Source: Candidatus Staskawiczbacteria bacterium (GTDB taxonomy: Bacteria > Patescibacteriota > Minisyncoccia > Minisyncoccales > Staskawiczbacteraceae). From it: 64,000 bases of DNA. The position numbers and the translations under genes are program-made. The DNA lies in assembly GCA_026395175.1 (NCBI GenBank), contig JAPLZF010000009.1:82083-146082 (forward strand), given 5' to 3'. Below, piece by piece: positions 18,282 through 28,294 of this stretch. The notes beneath the pieces were generated by a model that had not been told where the DNA came from, made no database searches, and saw nothing but the letters and a program-made list of their open reading frames with translations. The first letter of the stretch is position 1. The number at the start of each line of letters is the position of its first letter.

Positions 18282-18944
18282 TCAAGAATCGCAAGAGAGG
18301 ACCTGGCTGCCAGCAAACCACACGTCCGGATTCTCAACAGAGTAGGCGTGCACGCTCCAATAGCGATTGACAGAGTTCCAGTTCGCGATCACAGCCCAGA
18401 CATTGCCGTCTTTTCCTGAGATATGCATGACGTTCGCACGCCCATTAACGAGCAATTTGCCCTCTTCTCCATGTGCCTGTTTTTTAATCAGGCAAAATAG
18501 GTAAGCGAGGTAAGCTCTGGCAAGATCGCCTAACTCAGCGATGATTTGTGGGTCTTTGGAGTCCAACTCCAACCGATGAATCGCGAGCGTGGCGTCAGGA
18601 ACGTTTTCTTCCACAAGATTGAGGAATTGTTCCTTGAAGACGTCGTTAGTCCAACCGACGTTAGCTTCTGCGAGATGGTCTTTGGCGATAAACTTCTTCG
18701 CGCCATCGACCGACGCCGTCGCAATCTTCATGAGAATACCGCCAACACGCCCACCTTTGGCCAGAAACTGAAGGAAACGTCCAAAGAAATCATCCTGGCT
18801 GTCGTTCACGATTTGTTGAGCAGTGGCACAGGATACGTCCCAATCCATCTTCCCTGTTACCACCTCAACACTCATCTTGATGAATGCCTTGAAAAGCATC
18901 ATCAAAATTTCTCCCAATTGCTCAACACTCATCCTGTCCTTCAT
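18282..18944 (-). CDS. Hypothetical protein, member 2 of the GC-rich paralogous family (C-terminal ...NRYWSVHAYSVENPDVWFAGSQVL)
   Basis: GC-rich ORF with the conserved promoter-leader upstream. Its C-terminal motif NP..W..G.QVL and internal AELG segment are shared with gene 417-1055. Start uncertain (MKDR or MSVEQ); the track start uses TTG. Confidence 0.55.
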   Translation of the reverse strand: MKDRMSVEQLGEILMMLFKAFIKMSVEVVTGKMDWDVSCATAQQIVNDSQDDFFGRFLQFLAKGGRVGGILMKIATASVDGAKKFIAKDHLAEANVGWTNDVFKEQFLNLVEENVPDATLAIHRLELDSKDPQIIAELGDLARAYLAYLFCLIKKQAHGEEGKLLVNGRANVMHISGKDGNVWAVIANWNSVNRYWSVHAYSVENPDVWFAGSQVLSCDS

Positions 18945-19146
18945 TGTATGAACCTTTTTTGCGGCTACTGTTGCTCTCGCCACAAGGCAGAGCAAGCTCA
19001 ACGCATACTGTGGCAACCCTTTGCCACACCAGAAAATTATCTGTTTCTCAAATCTCTTTCTGGCATGGCAAAAACAAGTATTTTTAAATTATAAATGTGC
19101 CAATTTACTATTTATTAATTATACACCCTCTATCAATTATTGTCAA
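18945..19146 (-). promoter_or_regulatory. Conserved promoter-leader cassette L3: perfect TTGACA (19141-19146, rc), 17 nt, TATAAT (19118-19123, rc), plus the leader hairpin (about 19021-19073)
   Basis: caagtatttttaaattataaatgtgccaatttactatttattaattatacaccc aligns to 1170-1235. The hairpin sequence differs from L1 but pairing is preserved. Confidence 0.6.
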
Positions 19147-19188
19147 TGTTTTGACTTTTACGTTACACTATTGTATTTTTAGTTAAAG

Positions 19189-21153
19189 ATGGACGATAAA
19201 AATTTAAATCAGCTATTAATCGTTGGCATCACACCCTACTTTTTGGAAAAGGAGGGTTTTTGGTTTCAAAAAAATCTACAAGGAATATTAGAAGCAAGAC
19301 ATACTCAAAATTTTTTTGAAGACAATATAATTTTTTTGCAAAAAGATCACAGCTTTCAATTTTCGCAATTTTTAAGAAAGCTGGACGAAATGGGTTATGA
19401 AAGAGTTTTTAAGGTTTCAGAGCCAGGAGAGTTTTCACAACGCGGAGGAATTGTTGACGTCTTCCCCATCAACACAACAAATGCCGTAAGGCTGGATTTT
19501 TTGGGAAACGAAGTAGACCAAATAAAAATTTTAGACATAAAAGTTGCCGACGAAAAAAAATCAAAAAATATTCTAATAAAAAGATTAAAATCTCAAAAAA
19601 TATATTCTGAATTAAAGGGATTAAAAGAAGGAGATTATTTAGTTCACTTAGACCACGGAATTGGCAAATTTATAGGCATTGAAAAATTTAATACCACAAT
19701 AGAAGAATCCCAAAGTTATTATGTTTTAGAGTACGCGCAGGAAGATAAGTTATATGTTCCTTTAGGACTTGAAAGAAAGCTGTCTCGGTATTTTGGCTTT
19801 CAAGACCCAAAGGTTTCCAGGCTTGGTTCTTCTTTGTGGCAAAAAACAAAAAAAGCAGTAAAAGAAGAAGTTGAAAAATTAGCCAAAGAGCTTCTGCAGT
19901 TATATGCCCAGAAAGAAACCGCGCAAAGACCTCCTTATATAGAAGATTCAGAAATGGAGTCTAAGTTAAAAGACGGTTTTAATTTTCAAGAAACTCCAGA
20001 CCAAATCCAAACAATAGAAGACATAAAAAACGACTTATCAAAAACAAAACCAATGGACCGCATTGTTTGCGGAGATGTTGGCTTTGGCAAAACCGAAGTT
20101 GCAATGCGAACCGCTTTGTTGGCTGTTGCCAACAACAGGCAGACAGCTTTAATTTGCCCAACCACAATTTTGGCAAACCAGCATTATAATAACTTTAAAA
20201 AGCGGTTTGAAAATTTACCCGTAAGAATTGCCGAGCTTTCAAGGCTTCAATCAAAAAAAGAAGAAATAAAAGTTATAAAAGATTTAGAAGACGGCAGAAT
20301 AGACATTGTAATAGGCACGCACAAGCTTTTGTCAAAAAATATAAAGTTTAAAAACCTGCAACTTTTAATAATTGATGACGAGCAAAAATTTGGCGTAAAA
20401 CAAAAAGAAAGGTTAAGAAGCATAAAAGCCAGCCTAGATGTTTTGAGCTTGTCGGCCACTCCAATTCCCCGCACAATTTATTTGGCGCTTTCATCTTTAA
20501 AAAACATCAGCTTAATGCAAACTCCGCCGGTTGGCAGGCAGGCAATAAAAACAGAAATTTTGCCATATTCAGAAAAAGCAATAAAAAAAATAATTAACGA
20601 AGAGTTAAACAGAAAAGGCCAAGTTTATTTTTTGCACAACAGAGTTGAAAGCATAGATAAAAGGGCGCATGAATTAAAAAAACTTTGTAAAAATGCAAAA
20701 ATTAGCCTAATCCACGGCAGAATGCCAGAAGGTAAACTGATAAAAATAATGGATGATTTTCAAAAAGAAAAAACAAATGTGCTGGTTGCCACAACAATAA
20801 TAGAGAACGGATTGGACTTTCCAAACGTAAATACTATTATAATAGAAGACGCCACCAGGCTTGGGTTGTCTCAGGCTCACCAAATAAGAGGCAGAGTTGG
20901 AAGGTCCGGCACAAAAAGTTATGCCTATTTTATGTATTTAGAAAAAAACCTAACTCCTTTGGTTAAAGAAAGATTAAAAGCTTTGGAAGACTCGCAAGAA
21001 TTGGGTTCAGGCTACAGGCTTGCCATAAGAGACTTAGAATTGCGGGGAGCTGGCAATATTTTAGGCCGTGAACAATCTGGCGCCATAAACAAAATCGGTT
21101 TAAATTTATACAGCCAAATGATTTCTGAAGCCATCGAAAAATTCAAACAATAA
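19189..21153 (+). CDS. mfd: Transcription-repair coupling factor (short form lacking the N-terminal UvrB-homology domains)
   Basis: CarD-like RNAP-interacting domain, DEAD/H helicase motifs GFGKTEVA and LIIDDEQKFG, TRCF C-terminus. Confidence 0.8.
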   Translation: MDDKNLNQLLIVGITPYFLEKEGFWFQKNLQGILEARHTQNFFEDNIIFLQKDHSFQFSQFLRKLDEMGYERVFKVSEPGEFSQRGGIVDVFPINTTNAVRLDFLGNEVDQIKILDIKVADEKKSKNILIKRLKSQKIYSELKGLKEGDYLVHLDHGIGKFIGIEKFNTTIEESQSYYVLEYAQEDKLYVPLGLERKLSRYFGFQDPKVSRLGSSLWQKTKKAVKEEVEKLAKELLQLYAQKETAQRPPYIEDSEMESKLKDGFNFQETPDQIQTIEDIKNDLSKTKPMDRIVCGDVGFGKTEVAMRTALLAVANNRQTALICPTTILANQHYNNFKKRFENLPVRIAELSRLQSKKEEIKVIKDLEDGRIDIVIGTHKLLSKNIKFKNLQLLIIDDEQKFGVKQKERLRSIKASLDVLSLSATPIPRTIYLALSSLKNISLMQTPPVGRQAIKTEILPYSEKAIKKIINEELNRKGQVYFLHNRVESIDKRAHELKKLCKNAKISLIHGRMPEGKLIKIMDDFQKEKTNVLVATTIIENGLDFPNVNTIIIEDATRLGLSQAHQIRGRVGRSGTKSYAYFMYLEKNLTPLVKERLKALEDSQELGSGYRLAIRDLELRGAGNILGREQSGAINKIGLNLYSQMISEAIEKFKQ

Positions 21154-21202
21154 AATTTTATGTTATTATAAGGTAAGCTAAAAAAATTAAAAAACAGAAC
21201 CA

Positions 21203-23254
21203 ATGAAAAAAAGTTTAGTTATAGTTGAGTCACCTACAAAGGCCCGCACAATACAAAAATTTTTAGGAAGCGACTTTATAATTAAGTCGTCTTTTGGTCA
21301 TGTAAGAGATTTGCCAAGAAGAGAGCTTGGAGTAGATGTTGAAAAAAACTTTTTGCCAAAATATGTCATTCCTCCAAAAGCCAAAAAAGTTATTGCCGAA
21401 TTAAAAAAGGATATGGCAAAAGTTGAAAACACCATACTGGCTACCGACGAAGACCGCGAAGGTGAATCAATTGCCTGGCACTTGCAGGAAGCCTTAAAAT
21501 TAAAAGACCCGCAAAGAATTGTATTCCACGAAATTACAGAATCTGCAATTAACCATGCCTTAAAATCTCCAAGAAAAATTGATATGAATTTGGTTGATGC
21601 CCAGCAGGCAAGGCGCGTTTTAGACAGAATTGTAGGCTACAAACTTTCGCCATTTTTGTGGAAAAAAGTTGCCAAAGGACTTTCAGCCGGCAGAGTGCAA
21701 TCGGTTGCGGTAAAACTAATTGTGGAAAAAGAAAGAGAAATTGAAAAATTTATTGCAGTGGAATATTGGGGCGTTGAAGCTTTGCTGAAAAAACCTGCCT
21801 CGCCGAGTCAAGGCGGGTCTGACAAAGAATTTCCTGCTTCTTTAATTAAAAAAGGCGACAAAGCAATTGAGAAGCTGGAAATAAAAAATAAAGTAGAGGC
21901 AGATAAAATTTTGCAGGATTTAAACAATGCAGATTATATTGTTGAGTCAATAGAAAAAAAGGAAACAAAAAGAAACCCTGCTCCCCCATTTACAACCAGC
22001 ACCCTGCAACAGGCCGCGTCCCAAAGATTTGGCTGGCCGGCAAAAATGACAATGTCGATTGCTCAAAGGCTTTACGAAGAAGGAAATATAACTTACCACA
22101 GAACAGATTCTTTAAATTTATCTGAAACATCTTTGGAGTCTGCTAAAAATTTTATAACCAAAGAATATGGCAAAAATTATTGGGCCGGCAAAGCGGTAAA
22201 ATATATTACAAAAAGCAAAGGAGCTCAAGAAGCTCACGAAGCCATAAGACCTGCTTACGCAGACAGAACTCCAGAATCATTAAAGGGCATAGACGCAAGG
22301 CAATTAAAACTTTACACCTTAATTTGGCAGAGATTTATTGCCTGCCAAATGACTCAAGCAATTTTTGACTCTGTTTCAGCCGACATAAGCGCAAATGATT
22401 ACACATTCCGAGCCAACGGGCTTACAATGAAATTTGACGGATTTTTAAAAGTCTACCCAACAAAATTTGAAGATAAAGACCTGCCGGACCTGGAAAAAAA
22501 TGACAAATTAGATTTTGTAAAACTTGATTCTATTCAGCATTTTACAGAACCTCCGGCAAGATACAACGAAGCCAGCTTAATAAAAACTTTAGAAAAAAAT
22601 GGCGTAGGAAGGCCGTCAACTTATGCGCCAACCATATCTACCATACAAGACAGGAATTATGTTTCAAAAAATGAACAAAAAAGATTTTTTCCAAGCGAAA
22701 TGGGGTTTATAGTCAATGATGTTTTAGTGGAAAATTTTTCGGAAATTGTCGACATTGGATTTACCGCAAAAATGGAAGAAGAACTGGACGGAGTAGCCGA
22801 AGGCAAAGACAAATGGGAAAAAGTCTGCAAAGATTTTTATGGTCCTTTTGCCAAAATTTTAGCGGAAAAATATAAAGACGTGGTAAAAACCGACCTAACT
22901 CAGGAAACAGATAAAATATGCCCGAAATGTGGCTCTAAAATTATTGAAAGAATGGGCCGATTTGGAAGATTTTATGCCTGCTCTCGTTTCCCAGAATGCA
23001 AGCACACAGAATCAATAGAAGACAAAAAAAATGATTTGGGAATAAAATGTCCAAAATGCAAAGAAGGAGATATTGTTGCCAGGAAAAGCAAACGTGGAAA
23101 AATATTTTACGGGTGCAATAGCTTTCCAAAATGTGACTTTGCTTTGTGGGACAAGCCCGTAAATGAGTTTTGCCCAAAATGCGATTCCATATTAGTTCAA
23201 AAAAATAAAAGCACAATCAAATGCTCAAACAAAGAGTGCGACTATGCCAAGTGA
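21203..23254 (+). CDS. topA: DNA topoisomerase I
   Basis: TOPRIM N-terminus, type IA core, C-terminal C4 zinc ribbons. Confidence 0.9.
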   Translation: MKKSLVIVESPTKARTIQKFLGSDFIIKSSFGHVRDLPRRELGVDVEKNFLPKYVIPPKAKKVIAELKKDMAKVENTILATDEDREGESIAWHLQEALKLKDPQRIVFHEITESAINHALKSPRKIDMNLVDAQQARRVLDRIVGYKLSPFLWKKVAKGLSAGRVQSVAVKLIVEKEREIEKFIAVEYWGVEALLKKPASPSQGGSDKEFPASLIKKGDKAIEKLEIKNKVEADKILQDLNNADYIVESIEKKETKRNPAPPFTTSTLQQAASQRFGWPAKMTMSIAQRLYEEGNITYHRTDSLNLSETSLESAKNFITKEYGKNYWAGKAVKYITKSKGAQEAHEAIRPAYADRTPESLKGIDARQLKLYTLIWQRFIACQMTQAIFDSVSADISANDYTFRANGLTMKFDGFLKVYPTKFEDKDLPDLEKNDKLDFVKLDSIQHFTEPPARYNEASLIKTLEKNGVGRPSTYAPTISTIQDRNYVSKNEQKRFFPSEMGFIVNDVLVENFSEIVDIGFTAKMEEELDGVAEGKDKWEKVCKDFYGPFAKILAEKYKDVVKTDLTQETDKICPKCGSKIIERMGRFGRFYACSRFPECKHTESIEDKKNDLGIKCPKCKEGDIVARKSKRGKIFYGCNSFPKCDFALWDKPVNEFCPKCDSILVQKNKSTIKCSNKECDYAK

Positions 23255-24986
23255 TACGCAAAAAATAATTCGCCAAATATCAGACAAAAGCTCAGACCCA
23301 CAATTAATTGAGTCGGCTTTCGAATTTGCAAAAGAAGCCTACAAAGACAAATACAGAATTTCCGGAGAAAATTATATTGTTCACGCCACAAGAGTGGCTT
23401 TAGAACTTGGCAAAATGGACCTCGACCCCTCAACAATCGCTCTGGGGTTGCTTCATGATGTGCTTGATGACACTCCCGGATTTACAAAAAAAGTTGAATT
23501 AAAGGAAATTGAAAAAAAATTCGGCAAAGACCTAAGCCAAATGATAGAAAAAATTTCAAACATCAGCAAGGTACAATATTCTTTGTCACTTGGGCTAAAA
23601 GATAAAAAAACTTTAACTAAAGAAAAAATTGAAAATTTAAGGAGAATGTTTTTAGCCCTGGCCGGAGATTTAAGGGTAGTGCTGGTAGAACTTGTTTCAC
23701 GACAAGATGGATTAAATTTTCTGGATAGCTTGCCCGAAGACCAGCAAAAATTGTTTGCCCTTGAAACCTTGCAAATTTTTGTGCCCGTTGCCAGCAGATT
23801 AGGATTGTCAGGAATAAGGAGAAACCTTGAAGATACGGCTTTTTCTTTTTTATTTCCTGCCAAATTCAAATGGCTGAAAGAAAACATTAAAGAGCAATTT
23901 GAAGAAAGAGAAAAATACTTAAAAAAATTCATACCCCATCTAAAAAAAATATTCAAAAAAGAAAGAGTAAAAGTTTTAGATATAAACTATCGGGCAAAGT
24001 CGTATTGGAGTACTTATCAAAAATTGCTGCGGCACGGAATGAATTTTGATGAAATATACGACCTGCTTGCTTTAAGAATAATCACATCAGACATTGAAAG
24101 TTGCTACAAAATTTTGGGCGTGGTGCACAAACATTTCAAACCAATCTCTGACGAAATAAACGATTACATAGCGCATCCAAAATTAAATGGTTACAGATCG
24201 TTACACACCACCATTTTTTCAGAAGGAAACAAAACAACAGAAGTGCAGATAAGAACCGAGGAAATGCACAAAGAAGCCGAATACGGAGTGTGCGCCCACT
24301 GGTCTTACAAAGAAAAAATTGACCTCAAAAAAGAAGGAGAAAACTTTGAATGGGTAAAAGACGTTTCTGATTTTTGGAAAAACTTCAAAATAGATTTTTT
24401 CCCAAGCAAGGTTTTTTGCTTCACCCCAATGGGAGATGTTATTGTTTTGCCAAAAGATTCAACTCCTGTTGATTTTGCGTACGCTGTGCATTCAGATGTT
24501 GGAAATCATTGCGAGTCAGCAAAAATTGGCGGTAAAATTGTGCAGCTTAACCACATTTTAGAAAATGGAGACACGGTGGAAATTGTCACAAGTAAAAATA
24601 AAATTCCTTCAAAAGACTGGCTAAGATTTGTAAAAACTTCTCTGGCGCGGTCTCACATAAACAGACTAACCGACCAAAAATCCAATTTCCAATTTCCTTT
24701 GCCAAACTTTATAAAAAGGAAAATTGCAGAAATTTCCGAGGCCTCAAAAAAAAGGCAGGAAGAAAAACAAAATGTAAAAAAAGGAAATGTTAAACAAATT
24801 TATCTTTCCGGTCAACAGGGAATGCTAATTCACATTGCAAAATGCTGTAATCCAAAGCCGGGAGATAAGGTTTCAGCCTATCTTGCCCAGAGCAGGTCTG
24901 CTGTTTTGCATAAAATTTCCTGCAATAATTTCAAAAAAATATCAGAAAAATATCCTGAAAAAGTAATTGATGCTTCTTGGGAATAG
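23244..24986 (+). CDS. rel: Bifunctional (p)ppGpp synthetase/hydrolase
   Basis: HD hydrolase motif HDVLDDT, synthetase motif YRSLHTTIF...IRTEEMH, TGS domain. Confidence 0.85.
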   Translation: MPSDTQKIIRQISDKSSDPQLIESAFEFAKEAYKDKYRISGENYIVHATRVALELGKMDLDPSTIALGLLHDVLDDTPGFTKKVELKEIEKKFGKDLSQMIEKISNISKVQYSLSLGLKDKKTLTKEKIENLRRMFLALAGDLRVVLVELVSRQDGLNFLDSLPEDQQKLFALETLQIFVPVASRLGLSGIRRNLEDTAFSFLFPAKFKWLKENIKEQFEEREKYLKKFIPHLKKIFKKERVKVLDINYRAKSYWSTYQKLLRHGMNFDEIYDLLALRIITSDIESCYKILGVVHKHFKPISDEINDYIAHPKLNGYRSLHTTIFSEGNKTTEVQIRTEEMHKEAEYGVCAHWSYKEKIDLKKEGENFEWVKDVSDFWKNFKIDFFPSKVFCFTPMGDVIVLPKDSTPVDFAYAVHSDVGNHCESAKIGGKIVQLNHILENGDTVEIVTSKNKIPSKDWLRFVKTSLARSHINRLTDQKSNFQFPLPNFIKRKIAEISEASKKRQEEKQNVKKGNVKQIYLSGQQGMLIHIAKCCNPKPGDKVSAYLAQSRSAVLHKISCNNFKKISEKYPEKVIDASWE

Positions 24987-25025
24987 CCTTGAAATTTATC
25001 ACAAAACGTGCTAAAAATATAAAAT

Positions 25026-25109
25026 GCCGAGGTGGTGAAATTGGCAAACACGCCGGACTCAAAATCCGGTGCCCTTAAAAGCTTGAGGGTTCAAGTCCCT
25101 CCCTCGGCA
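25026..25109 (+). tRNA. tRNA-Leu (anticodon CAA), long variable arm, CCA not encoded
   Basis: Acceptor stem GCCGAGG/CCTCGGC, anticodon loop CTCAAAA, T arm GAGGGTTCAAGTCCCTC. Confidence 0.8.
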
Positions 25110-25137
25110 CACTTCACTTTGTTCAGTGTGAACAACT

Positions 25138-25166
25138 AAAAAGCCCCAGATCGGGGCTTTTTTATT
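25138..25166. terminator. Bidirectional intrinsic terminator (aaagccccagatcggggcttttttatt)
   Basis: A-run, GC hairpin, T-run between the tRNA and glyA. Confidence 0.7.
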
Positions 25167-26412
25167 AACTTGGCAATGGGAATTTTTTGCAGAACTTTTT
25201 AATTTCTTCTCTAACTTTTTTAACAGACTTTGGGTTCAAAATAACTTCATTTATCCAGCCTGCTACCTGCTTCATATCTTTTTCTTTCATTCCCCTTGTT
25301 GTAATTGCAGGGGTACCCATTCTTATTCCCGAAGGCTTAAACGGCGGAGCCGGGTCATAAGGAATAGTATTTTTATTGATTGTAATTCCTGCAGCTTCCA
25401 GCAAGTCTTGAGCTTCGGGACCCGAAACATTTTTGTTCCTTAAATCCACCAAAAGCAAATGGTTGTCGGTTCCGCCGGAAACCAAATTAAATCCGTGTTT
25501 TTTTAATTCTTCAGCCAAAGCTTTTGCATTTTTCACAATTTGCTTTGCATATTTTTTAAATGCCGGAGTTGAAGCTTCTTTCAGGCAAACTGCAATGGCG
25601 GCAACTTGGTGCATATGAGGCCCGCCTTGAAACCCCGGAAAAATTGCTTTATCAATTTTTTTGGCAAGTTCTGCGTCCTTTTCCAATCCTTTTTGAGTAA
25701 CCATAATCATTCCGCCCCTTGGCCCTCTCAAGGTTTTATGCGTTGTTGTTGTAATAATATGCACATAAGGAGCCGGGCTTGGATGCGCGCCACCTGCCAC
25801 AAGCCCTGCAATATGCGCAATATCAGAAACCAAATATGCTCCCACAGAGTCTGCAATTTCTCCCAATCTTTTCCAATCAAACAATCTTGGATAAGCTGTG
25901 GCGCCCACAAATATAAGTTTTGGTTTGTTTTCTTTCACCAACTTTTCCATCCCTTCATAATCCAGCAACCCTGTTTTCTCGTCCACTCCATACTGAACAG
26001 AATTATAAAACTTGGCAGAAAAGTTAACCTTCCACCCATGCGTTAAATGTCCGCCCATTGGCAAAGCCATTCCCATTATTGTGTCTCCCGGCTCGCAAGT
26101 TGCCAAATACACCGCAGCATTTGCCGGGCTTCCAGAATATGGCTGGACATTGGCATGAGCAACTTTAAACAACTTTTTTGCACGGTCTCTGCACAAATCT
26201 TCCAAAATGTCATAATATTTCAAGCCAGCATAATATCTTTTGCCGGGGTAACCTTCAGCATATTTGTCAGTTAAAATTGACCCCAAGGCTTCCCTGACAG
26301 CCGGCGAAGAATGGTTTTCAGAAGGAATCATTTCCAAAGATGTCTTCTGCCTTTCTGTTTCCAAATTTATTAATTTATCAATTTGCGGATCCTGTTTTTT
26401 TAATTTTGCCAT
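25165..26412 (-). CDS. glyA: Serine hydroxymethyltransferase
   Basis: PLP-lysine region TTTTHKTLRGPRGG. Confidence 0.9.
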   Translation of the reverse strand: MAKLKKQDPQIDKLINLETERQKTSLEMIPSENHSSPAVREALGSILTDKYAEGYPGKRYYAGLKYYDILEDLCRDRAKKLFKVAHANVQPYSGSPANAAVYLATCEPGDTIMGMALPMGGHLTHGWKVNFSAKFYNSVQYGVDEKTGLLDYEGMEKLVKENKPKLIFVGATAYPRLFDWKRLGEIADSVGAYLVSDIAHIAGLVAGGAHPSPAPYVHIITTTTHKTLRGPRGGMIMVTQKGLEKDAELAKKIDKAIFPGFQGGPHMHQVAAIAVCLKEASTPAFKKYAKQIVKNAKALAEELKKHGFNLVSGGTDNHLLLVDLRNKNVSGPEAQDLLEAAGITINKNTIPYDPAPPFKPSGIRMGTPAITTRGMKEKDMKQVAGWINEVILNPKSVKKVREEIKKFCKKFPLPS

Positions 26413-26429
26413 AACGAAAATTTTTAATG

Positions 26430-26993
26430 TTAATTTCTTATTATTTTATTATTATTTGTTAAATCTATTATTTTTGATGGTTTGCTTTTCTTTAAATTCC
26501 CTGCATCTATTATTATAATATCATACTTGCCGAATTGTTCTATTATATCACTAATTTTTGCCAGTGTAGAATTTCCTGAAATATTAACCGAAGTTTGAAC
26601 CAAGGGTTTATTAATCTTTTTTAACAAATCATTCAAAAATTTATATTTTGGAATTCTTAAGGCAATTGTATTTTTATCTGTGCCATAAAGCTTTACCTTT
26701 TTCTTATTTAATATAAATGTGTATTTTCCCGGCCATTTACTTTTTAAAGCTTTAGCGTGCTTTTCATCAATTTCTGCCAATTCTTTTGCCATTTTAAAAT
26801 CTTTTACAAAAACCGGTAATGGTTTTGTTTTGCTTCTTTTTTTTATTTTATATATTCTATCAACTGCTTTTTTATTTGTCGCATCTGCCAAAAAACCATA
26901 AACCGTATCTGTGGGGCAGACAACTACTGCCCCATTTTCTAGGGCAGTAACAATTTTTTTTATATTTGCATTTTTTTTCTTAAGTATTTCCAT
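26430..26993 (-). CDS. tsaC: L-threonylcarbamoyladenylate synthase (YrdC/Sua5 family)
   Basis: YrdC fold motifs VVCPTDTVYGF and KIKKRSKTKPL. Confidence 0.75.
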   Translation of the reverse strand: MEILKKKNANIKKIVTALENGAVVVCPTDTVYGFLADATNKKAVDRIYKIKKRSKTKPLPVFVKDFKMAKELAEIDEKHAKALKSKWPGKYTFILNKKKVKLYGTDKNTIALRIPKYKFLNDLLKKINKPLVQTSVNISGNSTLAKISDIIEQFGKYDIIIIDAGNLKKSKPSKIIDLTNNNKIIRN

Positions 26994-27729
26994 TTAAAAA
27001 TTTAGATATTTTTTGAATGTCATTTGGATTTCCAAAGTCGTGCCAGCAATCTTTAATTTTTTTAATTTTTACTTTTTTTTCTTTTGCCAAAAGTGAGATA
27101 GCATCTGTAACTTCATACTCTCCCCTGACAGATTTTTCTATTTTTAAAACTTTTTCAAAAATGTCTTTTGTAAATTTATAAAGCCCGGCGTTTACCAGGT
27201 TTCCCACAAACTCTGTTGGTTTTTCAATAATTTTTTCCAAAAAGTCATCTCCATCTTCAATCAAAACTCCATATTTTTCAGGGTGTTCTTGCTTTAACCC
27301 CGCAATATAACAAAACTCATCATCTATGTTCATAGACTTTAAATCTTCAACAGAAAATAAATTATCTCCATAAACATAAAGAAAATTTTCGTCTCCAACA
27401 ATATCTTTTACGCATTTTATAGGGCAGGCAGTTCCATACTCTTTTTCTTTGGGGCCTAAAATATCGCACTGGTTCACAAGAGAAACTTTAAAATCATCTT
27501 TGCTAATTCCTTTTGGGGGCAAATAGCTTTCTACAAAGTCATTCATTAATTCAACCTTAAAGCCAACAACTAAAATTATTTCTTTGTATTGGGCAAGCAA
27601 AAGGCTGTCAATCAAATATGCCAAAAACGGCCTGTTATTAACCTCTATTAAGTGTTTTGACTTGTCCTTAGATAATTCAAGCATACGAGTCCCCTGACCC
27701 GCAGCGGCTATAACAACTTTTTTAACTGC
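26980..27729 (-). CDS. Sugar-phosphate nucleotidyltransferase
   Basis: N-terminal VIAAAGQGTRM glycine-rich NTP-transferase motif. Confidence 0.7.
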   Translation of the reverse strand, partial: AVKKVVIAAAGQGTRMLELSKDKSKHLIEVNNRPFLAYLIDSLLLAQYKEIILVVGFKVELMNDFVESYLPPKGISKDDFKVSLVNQCDILGPKEKEYGTACPIKCVKDIVGDENFLYVYGDNLFSVEDLKSMNIDDEFCYIAGLKQEHPEKYGVLIEDGDDFLEKIIEKPTEFVGNLVNAGLYKFTKDIFEKVLKIEKSVRGEYEVTDAISLLAKEKKVKIKKIKDCWHDFGNPNDIQKISKFLNGNT

Positions 27730-28294
27730 CATAACCCAAGTTGAATGCATTAATATTTAATTCTTTATATTTTTCCGGTACCATTTGGTCAATTGCTTTC
27801 AGCACAGATTCTTTTTTCATTGGAATTAAATTTTTGGCAACAGCATACCCCAAAGAATAAAGCGTGCAAACAATTTCATTCTGCAGTTTTTCTTTGCAGT
27901 CTTTTGAGGCTGGAATTATATAAGTTTCATTTTTAATCAAACCAAGCTGTTTTTTAATTTCCTCTGCCGTCAAAGACCCTAAAAACGGCAAAAAATAATC
28001 ATTAACCAAAAATTTTGTCTGCTTTCCAGATTTCTCTGTTTCGCGCAAGCCCTCCAGTATTTCCAAAGAAAGTATCAAGTCTGCCTTGCCGTTTGCAATC
28101 AAAGGAGAATTTACTTTTTTGCCAAACCTAATATGCGTTTCCACGCTTCCCCCTCTTTGCGAAAGTCCGTGCAATTCTGAAGACCTCACGTCATATCCTT
28201 CATTCATAGCTACCTGGTCAATCAAAATTAACAGCGTAATAACTCCCTGGCCGCCAACTCCATTAATTATCAAATTAAATATTTTATTGGTCAT
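27722..28294 (-). CDS. iorB: Indolepyruvate/2-oxoacid:ferredoxin oxidoreductase, beta (gamma-like) subunit
   Basis: NGVGGQGV motif; adjacent to iorA. Confidence 0.7.
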   Translation of the reverse strand: MTNKIFNLIINGVGGQGVITLLILIDQVAMNEGYDVRSSELHGLSQRGGSVETHIRFGKKVNSPLIANGKADLILSLEILEGLRETEKSGKQTKFLVNDYFLPFLGSLTAEEIKKQLGLIKNETYIIPASKDCKEKLQNEIVCTLYSLGYAVAKNLIPMKKESVLKAIDQMVPEKYKELNINAFNLGYGS

